A stretch of 59,906 nucleotides of DNA from Clostridia bacterium (GCA_017454465.1 JAFTCY010000127.1:1-59906), one strand, 5' to 3'; counted from the stretch's first letter, positions 10,591-18,210 are shown. Notes: generated from the sequence alone by a model not told the origin. Numbers and translations are program-made.

Positions 10591-10619
10591 ATTATATCAT
10601 CCGTGTTTTTTTGTGTCAA
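10591..10619 (-). promoter_or_regulatory. Consensus sigma-A promoter of the sngABC(-uvrA) operon
   Basis: On the minus strand: TTGACA (10619-10614), a 17-nt spacer, then TATAAT (10596-10591), about 40 nt upstream of the sngA ATG. Confidence 0.7.
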
Positions 10620-10814
10620 TCTTTCGGAATGACAAAACTATGAGAACTGAATGGAAAAACGTATATATTACTGGCAGACGGACAGAACGGAGGATCGAAA
10701 AAAGGTCACTCTTTTTCTCACAGCGTGGTTGTGATATAATAAAAAGCGAAGTAAACAGGGATCCGAAAGCGGGCGGTCACTTCCGTCCTGCTTTCAGTCA
10801 GTGGGAGGAGCGCC

Positions 10815-11216
10815 GTGTTTTTCAAAAAGGAAGAGGTAAAATCTTTTGATGCAGTTACGCTTCGGCTGAGCGGAATGAGGTTCACATGCGAATACGAGAT
10901 CATTAACAACGAGGATATGGCTGATATTTCCAGGTATGACATCCGTTATATCGAAAAAGGCGAGACACGCGTCCCGACAGGAACGGTAAAGGTACCGGTG
11001 GAGGAAATGATAAGAATGCTGAACAGCTGTAACGTTATCAGATGGGATGGGTTTTTCGGTTCCCACCCCAAAGGGGTAAAGGACGGCATCATGTTCCGGT
11101 TTTCTGCCAGGATAAACGGAAAGGAAATAAAGGCTGACGGCTCTGAGAATTTTCCGAAAGGTTTCCGCGAGTTTCAGGCATATATACAGGATTCAATGAG
11201 AGGACAGGAAGAATAA
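10815..11216 (+). CDS. Hypothetical protein (133 aa), no recognisable domain
   Basis: GTG start preceded by a GGGAGGAG RBS (10803-10810). A possible extended -10 (TGATATAAT, 10732-10740) lies upstream. No motif recognised. Confidence 0.45.
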   Translation: MFFKKEEVKSFDAVTLRLSGMRFTCEYEIINNEDMADISRYDIRYIEKGETRVPTGTVKVPVEEMIRMLNSCNVIRWDGFFGSHPKGVKDGIMFRFSARINGKEIKADGSENFPKGFREFQAYIQDSMRGQEE

Positions 11217-11292
11217 ACTGTGTGAAATAGTGAATCCCTGCCAGTGATGATGTGCCTGAATATGCAGGATGTCCAAATTTTCACTGACCATC

Positions 11293-11321
11293 TTGACATG
11301 AAAAATCTTTCATGATAGAAT
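11293..11321 (+). promoter_or_regulatory. Sigma-A promoter of the T-box leader
   Basis: TTGACA (11293-11298), a 17-nt spacer ending in TGa, then TAGAAT (11316-11321). Confidence 0.7.
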
Positions 11322-11323
11322 CT

Positions 11324-11587
11324 GCGCATACTGAAGAACGCAGTGACGGAGAGCAATACCGAGAAGATGTACAGAGAGTTGCCGGGCGGTGAAAGGCAAT
11401 ATCGATGCGGTTAACACTCACTCCGGAGCGGCTGCCCGAAATGCCGTTGGCAGAGTAGACGCAGACGGGACCGACCGTTATATCGGAAAGGCATGATAGT
11501 GCCTGAAAAAAGGATACGAATGTATCGAAGAAGAGTGGTACCACGAGGTTTACACCGCGTCTCTTTGTAAGAGAGACACGGTTTTTT
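11324..11587 (+). promoter_or_regulatory. T-box riboswitch (tRNA-sensing transcription attenuator), probable Leu specifier CUC
   Basis: Elements read in order:
- K-turn: CGC-AGU-GA-CGGAG paired with CUCCG-GA-GCG.
- Specifier loop 3' side: UAACA-CUC-A (CUC at 11417-11419).
- AG bulge: AGAGAG (11372-11377).
- Distal loop: GGGCGGUGAAA.
- F-box: CCGUUA (11475-11480).
- T-box sequence: AGAGUGGUACCACG, with UGGU at 11536-11539 implying discriminator A73.
- Terminator at 11555-11587: an 11-bp stem plus U6, mutually exclusive with the antiterminator. Confidence 0.85.
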
Positions 11588-11611
11588 GTTTTTTCTGGAG
11601 GATAGGTATAT

Positions 11612-14161
11612 ATGAAAATTTCATTTTCCACACTGGGATGTCCGGATTTTTCATGGATAGACATTTGTTCCATGGCCAAGGACTTTGGGTTTCAGGGAAT
11701 TGAGATCAGAGGCCTTTCAGGAGAAGATATATTCAAACTGCACAAATCTCCGTTCAAGCCTGAGAACATAGAAGCGACCCGAGAACAGCTGAAACGGCAG
11801 AAACTGGAGATCAGTTGCTTTTCAACAGGGTGCTCGCTGGGATACCGTGACAGACGGGACGACAATATGAGGGAGATCAGAAAGTACATCGACCTTGCAA
11901 GATATTTCAAGGTTCCGTACGTAAGAGTGCTGGGAGAGCCGTCCGCAGAGCCCGAGATGCAGGTAGATGACGACTTTGTCGTGGAACAGATGAAGGATCT
12001 CGCTCCCATTGCTGAGGAGGCTGGGGTGATAATCCTGCTGGAGACCAACGGCGTGTACTCGGATACCGCCCGCCTTTCGGATGTTCTCGCGCGGGTGGGA
12101 AGCGACAATGTGGCAGCCCTGTGGGATTTCAACCATCCCTTCCGCTTCAACGGTGAAATGCCCCAGACTACGATCAATAATCTCGGGGCATACATAAAAC
12201 ATATACATATCAAGGACTCTGTGGTTGAAGACGGGAAACTTATATACAAGCTGGTCGGGGAGGGAGACCTGCCTCCTATGGCTGACTATATGAAGGCGCT
12301 TTTATCACTCAACTATGAGGGATATGTTTCTCTCGAGTGGATGAAGCAGTACGCTCCGGATCTTTCCGACCCGGGTGTGGTGTTTCCTCATTATGCCCAT
12401 TTTATGTCAATGTACCTTGGCGTGCCGGAAAGCAACGCCAGGCTGATTCCAGACAACCGGGGCGAGGGCTACTATGTATGGCCGAAAGAGCAGCTGATCG
12501 ATCTGACCATGCCTCAGGTACTCGACCGCATGGTGGAGGAATTCCCGGACCGCTATGCTTTTCGGTATACGACATGTGACTATACAAGGACATGGAGCGA
12601 ATTCAGAGACGATGTGGATCTGTTTGCGCGCTCGCTGATCTCGCTCGGCGTAAAGCAGGGCGACCATGTAGCCATTTGGGCGACCAATGTTCCGCAGTGG
12701 TATATCACTTTCTGGGCCACTGTCAAGATCGGCGCCGTGCTCGTTACAGTAAATACAGCATACAAAGTCCATGAAGCCGATTATCTGCTCAGGCAGTCCG
12801 ACACCCATACCCTTGTTATGACCGACGGATACAAGGATTCTGACTACGTAAAGATCATGAACGAGATAGTCCCGGAACTGAAGGACAATGAAGATGAGAA
12901 CGGTGTTGTTAAACCTTTGCACTGCAGACGCCTTCCGTTTTTGAGAAATGTGATCACGGTCGAGTCGAAGCATAAGGGGTGCCTGACCTGGTCAGACGCG
13001 ATCGAGGCTGCTCAGAGGACACCCATGGACGCGGTATACAGAAGAGCAGCGATGATAAACAAGCATGACGTTTGCAATATGCAGTATACCAGCGGAACGA
13101 CCGGATTCCCGAAGGGAGTCATGCTTTCCCACTATAACGTCGTCAACAATGGAAAAGCGATTGGAGACTGCATGGATCTGTCTACTGCTGACAGAATGAT
13201 GATACAGGTCCCGATGTTCCATTGTTTCGGAATGGTCCTTGCCATGACAGCTTCCATGACGCACGGGGTCACCATGTCTCCGATTCCCGCTTTTTCGCCG
13301 AGACTGGGTCTTGAGTGTATCGACCGTGAGAAAATAACGGCTTTTCACGGGGTACCCACCATGTTCATAGCCATGCTCGGCCATGAAAACTTCAGCAAGA
13401 CCGACTTTTCACATATGCGTACCGGAATCATGGCGGGCTCTCCGTGTCCGATCAAGGTCATGGAGGAAGTGATTCAAAAGATGCATATGCCGGAGATCTG
13501 TATAACCTACGGCCAGACGGAAGCGTCTCCCGCGACCACCATGTCAAAGACGACGGACTCGATCGAGACGAGGGTGAATACAGTCGGATCGGCGATATTC
13601 GGCGTGGAATGCAAGATAGTGAATCCCGAAACAGGAGAGGACTGCCCTGACAATGTAGACGGCGAATTCGTTGCCCGCGGGTACAACATAATGAAGGGAT
13701 ACTACAAAATGCCTGAGGCGACATCTGTTGCCATCGACAAAGAGGGGTGGCTTCATACGGGGGATCTGGCGAGACGCCTTCCGGACGGGAACTACAAGAT
13801 CACCGGGAGGATAAAGGACATGATCATCCGCGGAGGAGAAAACATTTATCCAAAGGAGATAGAGGACTTTATCTATACGTATCCGAAGGTCCAGGACGTG
13901 CAGGTAATAGGCGTTCCCGACAAAGCATACGGCGAGGAAATAATGGCGTGCGTTATTAAGAAACCCGGGGAGGATTGTACGGCGGAAGAGATCAGGGATT
14001 ATGTCAGGGAACACATGGCAAAGCATAAAACACCGAAATATGTCGTGTTTGTCGACAGTTTCCCGATGAATGCGGCGGGAAAGATACTGAAATACAAGAT
14101 GAGGGACGATGCGAAAAAGCTTCCCGAATTCCGGGAAGCGGCGGGTATCGTAACTGCGTGA
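11612..14161 (+). CDS. Fusion protein: N-terminal xylose-isomerase-like TIM-barrel (sugar phosphate isomerase/epimerase family) domain plus C-terminal AMP-dependent acyl-CoA synthetase
   Basis: Residues ~1-270 (MKISFSTLGCPDFSW...GFQGIEIRG...ILLETNG...HIHIKD...SLEW) fit the AP-endonuclease-2/xylose isomerase-like barrel. Residues ~300-849 carry adenylate-forming motifs YTSGTTGFPKG, GYNIMKGYY, TGDLARR and IIRGGENIYPKEIE. GGAGG RBS. Confidence 0.8.
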   Translation: MKISFSTLGCPDFSWIDICSMAKDFGFQGIEIRGLSGEDIFKLHKSPFKPENIEATREQLKRQKLEISCFSTGCSLGYRDRRDDNMREIRKYIDLARYFKVPYVRVLGEPSAEPEMQVDDDFVVEQMKDLAPIAEEAGVIILLETNGVYSDTARLSDVLARVGSDNVAALWDFNHPFRFNGEMPQTTINNLGAYIKHIHIKDSVVEDGKLIYKLVGEGDLPPMADYMKALLSLNYEGYVSLEWMKQYAPDLSDPGVVFPHYAHFMSMYLGVPESNARLIPDNRGEGYYVWPKEQLIDLTMPQVLDRMVEEFPDRYAFRYTTCDYTRTWSEFRDDVDLFARSLISLGVKQGDHVAIWATNVPQWYITFWATVKIGAVLVTVNTAYKVHEADYLLRQSDTHTLVMTDGYKDSDYVKIMNEIVPELKDNEDENGVVKPLHCRRLPFLRNVITVESKHKGCLTWSDAIEAAQRTPMDAVYRRAAMINKHDVCNMQYTSGTTGFPKGVMLSHYNVVNNGKAIGDCMDLSTADRMMIQVPMFHCFGMVLAMTASMTHGVTMSPIPAFSPRLGLECIDREKITAFHGVPTMFIAMLGHENFSKTDFSHMRTGIMAGSPCPIKVMEEVIQKMHMPEICITYGQTEASPATTMSKTTDSIETRVNTVGSAIFGVECKIVNPETGEDCPDNVDGEFVARGYNIMKGYYKMPEATSVAIDKEGWLHTGDLARRLPDGNYKITGRIKDMIIRGGENIYPKEIEDFIYTYPKVQDVQVIGVPDKAYGEEIMACVIKKPGEDCTAEEIRDYVREHMAKHKTPKYVVFVDSFPMNAAGKILKYKMRDDAKKLPEFREAAGIVTA

Positions 14162-14165
14162 ATAA

Positions 14166-14204
14166 GCAACCGAGCTCAGGTCTGAACGGCCTGAGCTCGG
14201 TTGC
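14166..14204. terminator. Perfect 15-bp hairpin between convergent genes
   Basis: GCAACCGAGCTCAGG-(9 nt)-CCTGAGCTCGGTTGC. The U-tracts are weak on both strands. Confidence 0.55.
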
Positions 14205-14217
14205 TGTATATAGAAGT

Positions 14218-15114
14218 TCAAATTGACGACATGGCGGATCCAAGTTCGCGTACAGTGTTCTGGAACCATTCTATGGGATTGCCGGTAATGATCCAGATCG
14301 CGACGAACGCGGCGATCAGTATTATGGCGCATACCAGGACGACGATCCAAAGCGCGATACAGTAATTCTGGACCGTTTTTCTCTTTGTTCCGCCGCACGC
14401 CCATACTATGCTGAGGACAAAACCGACGACGGGGATGGCGAGAAGGAGCCAGCGGCCGATCCAGCCCCACGGCGACACGGGCTGATAAGGTGTGCGCCAT
14501 ACATCATCTTCGGTAAGAGGCTCGCGGTTTGCGAGGCGTTCTCTGCGTTCTTCCTTTGCTTTTGCTTTTGCGATGGCTTCCTGGCGGGCCTGTTCCTTCT
14601 TTGCCTCTTTTTCAGCCGCAGCGCGTTCCTTTTCAGCTTTCTGACGTTCCTTTTCAGCTTTCTGACGTTCCTTTTCGGCTTTCTGACGTTCCTTTTCGGC
14701 TCTTTGAAGCTCTTCTTCGGCTCTCTGGCGCTCTTTTTCCAGATTGGGGTCAACATATGGCACCGCGGGGGTCTCTGCAACGGGCTGTGTTGCCGGTGGC
14801 TGCTGTTGCGCTTCGTTCGGAACATATGCCGGAGCCGGTGCCGCGGGAATCTCTTCGGCAACGAAAGACCTGATCTCATCCGCTGCTTCTTCAGACTTTT
14901 CCTCCGCTGCTTCAATCACCTTTTCGGCTCCTTCAGAAATTGTTTCCGCAGCATTTTGAGCAACAGGCGCGACTTCTCCTGCGGCCGTTTCGACCGCCGC
15001 TTCAGCAGCAGCCGCCGCGGCTGCCGCATCTTTCAGATTTGCTCCGCATTCCGGGCAGTGCTTTGCGTCTTCAGGAAGCACCGATCCGCAAAGAGGACAT
15101 CTTTTTTCTTCCAT
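14218..15114 (-). CDS. Zinc-ribbon / coiled-coil / C-terminal membrane-anchored protein
   Basis: N-terminal CPLCGSVLPEDAKHCPECG zinc ribbon, an A/E-rich linker, four (AEKERQK) heptad repeats, and a C-terminal hydrophobic region with about 3 TM segments. AGGAG RBS. Confidence 0.6.
   Translation of the reverse strand: MEEKRCPLCGSVLPEDAKHCPECGANLKDAAAAAAAAEAAVETAAGEVAPVAQNAAETISEGAEKVIEAAEEKSEEAADEIRSFVAEEIPAAPAPAYVPNEAQQQPPATQPVAETPAVPYVDPNLEKERQRAEEELQRAEKERQKAEKERQKAEKERQKAEKERAAAEKEAKKEQARQEAIAKAKAKEERRERLANREPLTEDDVWRTPYQPVSPWGWIGRWLLLAIPVVGFVLSIVWACGGTKRKTVQNYCIALWIVVLVCAIILIAAFVAIWIITGNPIEWFQNTVRELGSAMSSI
14625..14708 (-). repeat. In-frame 21-bp tandem repeat (3 near-perfect copies plus 1 degenerate)
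   Basis: The + strand unit GTTCCTTTTC(A/G)GCTTTCTGAC occurs at 14625, 14646 and 14667, with a degenerate copy at 14688. It encodes the KAEKERQ heptads. Confidence 0.9.
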
Positions 15115-15210
15115 AATGAATCTCCTGTCGTTTTATAATGATAAAAGAATTATACCCACTGTAAAAAGTATATCACAAACGAGCTGACACATCAACAAAA
15201 AAGGAAAGCA

Positions 15211-15243
15211 AAACAAAAGAAAAAGCACAGCGGTGGGCTGTGC
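15211..15243 (-). terminator. Intrinsic terminator downstream of the paaK-ACT operon
   Basis: On the minus strand, GCACAGC-CCACC-GCTGTGC is followed by TTTTTCTTTTGTTTTG. Confidence 0.65.
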
Positions 15244-15250
15244 CGGTTCT

Positions 15251-15685
15251 TTAGATCTGGGTTCTCGCTATTTCGTCTGTGAGCAGGGAATAGCCTGATT
15301 CCCTAAGTATCTTTTCGGTCGTTTCGTTGTCTGAAACCCGGAGCACGACGTTTGCGGTGTTGGGAATGGAGGACACGAAAGCGTAAAGATACTCAACGTT
15401 GATGCCTGCCTGAGAGACGATCCCGAGAAGCTTTGAAAGGCCTCCCTGGGAATCAGAAATCTGAACGCCCACAACATCAGTCACGCTTACTATTTTTCCT
15501 TCGCTTGAAAGCGAATATGCCGCTGTTCTCGGGTCATCGACTATCATCCTGATGACACCGTATTCGTTTGTGTCGGCTACGCTGAAGGCTCTTATGTTAA
15601 TTCCTGCTTCGGAAAGGATAGCGGTCGTTTCGTAAAGGGAACCCTGCTTGTTTTCTGCAAATACGGACAACTGTCTGACGGACAT
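15251..15685 (-). CDS. ACT domain-containing protein
   Basis: The MSVRQLSVFAENKQGSLYETTAILSEAGINIRAFSVADT pattern, two ACT repeats, and the usual position next to paaK-type ligases. Confidence 0.8.
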   Translation of the reverse strand: MSVRQLSVFAENKQGSLYETTAILSEAGINIRAFSVADTNEYGVIRMIVDDPRTAAYSLSSEGKIVSVTDVVGVQISDSQGGLSKLLGIVSQAGINVEYLYAFVSSIPNTANVVLRVSDNETTEKILRESGYSLLTDEIARTQI

Positions 15686-15727
15686 TGTACAATCCTCCTC
15701 AACCTCTTATTCTCTTCATACTATATA

Positions 15728-17032
15728 TTAACCGTATAACTTCCTTTTGTCAATCACTCTGACAGCTTTTCCTTCACTTCTTATGATGGATTTTGGTTCC
15801 ACTATCGATACTTTCGCAAATATTCCGAGCATGGATTTCATTGCGTCGGTGATCTGCCTTTCCCGGATCTCAATGGTATTGATCGTATCGCTGAACAGCT
15901 CGGGAGTCATCTCAACGTTGATTTCGATGGAATCAGTGGTGCCGACGCGGTCAACTATGATCTGATAATTGGAGGTAAGACCCTGGTTCAGAAGAACGGT
16001 TTCTATCTGGGACGGGAATACGTTGACGCCTTTGATGATAAGCATGTCGTCGCTTCTTCCCATGGGTTTCGACATCTTGACGAACGTTCTTCCGCAGGAG
16101 CATTTTTCCCTTTTCAGAACAGCAATGTCTTTTGTTCTGTACCGGAGAAGCGGAAAAGCTCTTTTAGTGATGCTCGTGAACACGAGCTCACCCTTTTCGC
16201 CCTCAGGCAGCACTTTTCCTGTGTCGGGATCGATGGTCTCTACGATGAAATGGTCCTCATTGATGTGCATGCCTGACTGCTCGCAGCATTCAAATGCGAC
16301 ACCCGGGCCGGACAGTTCAGTCAATCCGTAAATATCGTATGCTTTTATGCCGAGCCTGCTTTCGATGTCACGGCGCATTTCTTCTGTCCATGCTTCAGCG
16401 CCGAAGATCCCCGCTTTCAGCTTTATATCGTTTCTGATTCCTTTTTCATATATGGACTCTGCGAGGTAAGCCGCATACGACGGGGTGCAGCACAGAATGG
16501 TCGATTCCAGGTCGACCATGAACTGAAGCTGGCGTTCCGTGTTTCCGGATGACATGGGGAGCGTAAGGCAGCCCACCTTGTGCGATCCTCCGTGCAGGCC
16601 GTTGCCTCCTGTAAACAGGCCGTACCCGTAGCATACCTGGACCACATCTTCCTTTGTTCCGCCTGCTGCCACGATGGCGCGGGCGCAGCAGTCCTCCCAC
16701 AGGTCTATGTCTTCTTTTGTGTAGAACGCCACGACCCTTTTTCCCGTCGTTCCGCTGGTGGACTGAATCCTGACACAGTCCGACAGAGGCGCTGACATAA
16801 GGCCGTACGGATATGCCTCCCTGAGGTCATCCTTTGTGAGATACGGCAGTTTCCACAGGTCATCAACAGAGTGAATGTCCTCGGGTATCACTCCCCTGTC
16901 GATCATTTTCTTTCTGTAGTATGTGTTGTTCTTCCAGACATGCGCAAGGGTCTTCAGAAAACGTTCGTTCTGCCATTCCCGTATCTGCTCAGCGGAAGCT
17001 GTTTCAATCTCTTTCTGGTAGTAACGTTCCAT
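15728..17032 (-). CDS. paaK: Phenylacetate--CoA ligase family protein
   Basis: MERYYQKEIETASAEQIREWQNERF..., IQSTSGTTGKRVV and YGLTELSGPGVAFEC: PaaK-type adenylate-forming enzyme. AAGGAG RBS. Confidence 0.85.
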   Translation of the reverse strand: MERYYQKEIETASAEQIREWQNERFLKTLAHVWKNNTYYRKKMIDRGVIPEDIHSVDDLWKLPYLTKDDLREAYPYGLMSAPLSDCVRIQSTSGTTGKRVVAFYTKEDIDLWEDCCARAIVAAGGTKEDVVQVCYGYGLFTGGNGLHGGSHKVGCLTLPMSSGNTERQLQFMVDLESTILCCTPSYAAYLAESIYEKGIRNDIKLKAGIFGAEAWTEEMRRDIESRLGIKAYDIYGLTELSGPGVAFECCEQSGMHINEDHFIVETIDPDTGKVLPEGEKGELVFTSITKRAFPLLRYRTKDIAVLKREKCSCGRTFVKMSKPMGRSDDMLIIKGVNVFPSQIETVLLNQGLTSNYQIIVDRVGTTDSIEINVEMTPELFSDTINTIEIRERQITDAMKSMLGIFAKVSIVEPKSIIRSEGKAVRVIDKRKLYG

Positions 17033-17196
17033 GTTTTGCTCCTTGTTGCAAAAGCCCGGCTGTGAATAATTATCAGCCTGTTTCCGTATATTTTATCATT
17101 TACCAAAAAACAGTTCAATATCGGACGGAAGAAAAAGGATTTGCGATATTCACAAAAAAAATAGGTGTGCCCCGGATTTTTTACTTTATATAAAAC

Positions 17197-17221
17197 AAAA
17201 CCGCAGCTCGGCTGCGGTTTT
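17197..17221 (-). terminator. Intrinsic terminator after glcK
   Basis: AAAACCGCAGC-TCG-GCTGCGGTTTT, a palindromic hairpin with flanking A and T runs. Confidence 0.7.
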
Positions 17222-17247
17222 GAATCATCTTAGTATATTTGACGCGC

Positions 17248-18210
17248 TCAGAGACCGAGAACTGCTGCTCCGATTATTCCGGCGTCATTCCCGAGTTTTG
17301 CGATCGTGACTTCGGTGCGCGGCGTTCCTTCCTTCGTATATGTCTCTTTCCAGATCCTGTCGAAAAGCGGTTTCAGCAGGTAGTCGCCTTCGTTGCAGAT
17401 CCCGCCTCCTATGGCCAGCACATTGGGCTGGAAAATGTTGATGATGTTGACGATCCCGGAGGCGAGATACTTGATGTATTCATCAACTACCTCCTGCCCG
17501 ACGCGGTCGCCGTTTTTCATGGCGGTGAAAGCCGTTCTGGCCGATACTCTTGAAAGATCACCGCCGATCATGTCTTCCATGATGGTGGGCGTCCCTTCTT
17601 CGCGGGCTTTTACTATATGATCTGTTGTGATCTTTGAAAGTCCGGTGGCCGAGCTGTAAGCCTCCCAGCAGCCGTGCCGCCCGCAGGTGCAGGGCCTTCC
17701 GCCTTCTTCAATGACCATATGGCCAAGCTCTCCGCCGGCAAAGTTGAATCCTGAATAGACCTGTCCGTTTATGATTATTCCGCCGCCCAGACCTGTCCCG
17801 AGCGTTATCATTATGAAGTACGGGTAACCGGCTCCGACTCCGGCGATCGCTTCGGCTTTCGCAGCCGCGTTGGCATCGTTTTCTATATATACGGTCTTTC
17901 CGCCCATCAGGGAAGACATCCTTTCAGAAAGGGGGTAGTTAAGGAATGGAATGTTGTTCGCATATTCCAGGACGCCGGTATCGCGGTTTGCCGTTCCGGG
18001 GGCAGCCACACCGATCCAGGATATATCATCGAGAGTCAGTCCTGTCTCGCCCAGAAGCCTGTAGGAAAGAGCGGCCATATCATCAAGGATGGCATCCACG
18101 CCTCTTTCGGGACGTGTCGGGACACTTCCTTTTCTTATGATCTTGTATTTCTCGTCGACTATGCCGATCGCAATGTTCGTTCCGCCAAGATCAACGCCAA
18201 TGTAGTACAT
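17248..18210 (-). CDS. glcK: ROK family glucokinase
   Basis: MYYIGVDLGGTNIAIGIVDE and the ROK zinc motif CTCGRHGCWEAYSSATG. Confidence 0.85.
   Translation of the reverse strand: MYYIGVDLGGTNIAIGIVDEKYKIIRKGSVPTRPERGVDAILDDMAALSYRLLGETGLTLDDISWIGVAAPGTANRDTGVLEYANNIPFLNYPLSERMSSLMGGKTVYIENDANAAAKAEAIAGVGAGYPYFIMITLGTGLGGGIIINGQVYSGFNFAGGELGHMVIEEGGRPCTCGRHGCWEAYSSATGLSKITTDHIVKAREEGTPTIMEDMIGGDLSRVSARTAFTAMKNGDRVGQEVVDEYIKYLASGIVNIINIFQPNVLAIGGGICNEGDYLLKPLFDRIWKETYTKEGTPRTEVTIAKLGNDAGIIGAAVLGL

Noticed and set aside
11426-11434. Alternative specifier triplets (CGG, GCG, GGC, GCU) just 3' of the CUCCG helix in the first T-box
   Set aside because: This segment is better explained as the GA plus C-stem (GA-GCG) of the K-turn paired with CGC-AGU-GA. 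Placing the specifier here makes stem I about 7-12 nt per strand too long compared with the Trp T-box in this window and with canonical geometry. GGC (Gly, U73) also conflicts with the UGGU bulge. This remains a manual fold, not a model alignment.
13544-14500. A 318-aa minus-strand ORF spanning the end of the acyl-CoA synthetase gene and the convergent terminator
   Set aside because: It crosses a perfect 15-bp terminator hairpin and overlaps two well-supported genes. Its translation is Arg/His-rich with no motif.
14625-14708. A CRISPR-like array
   Set aside because: The units are contiguous 21-mers without spacers, lie in frame within a coding region, and encode a heptad repeat. This is not a repeat-spacer architecture, and there are no cas genes.
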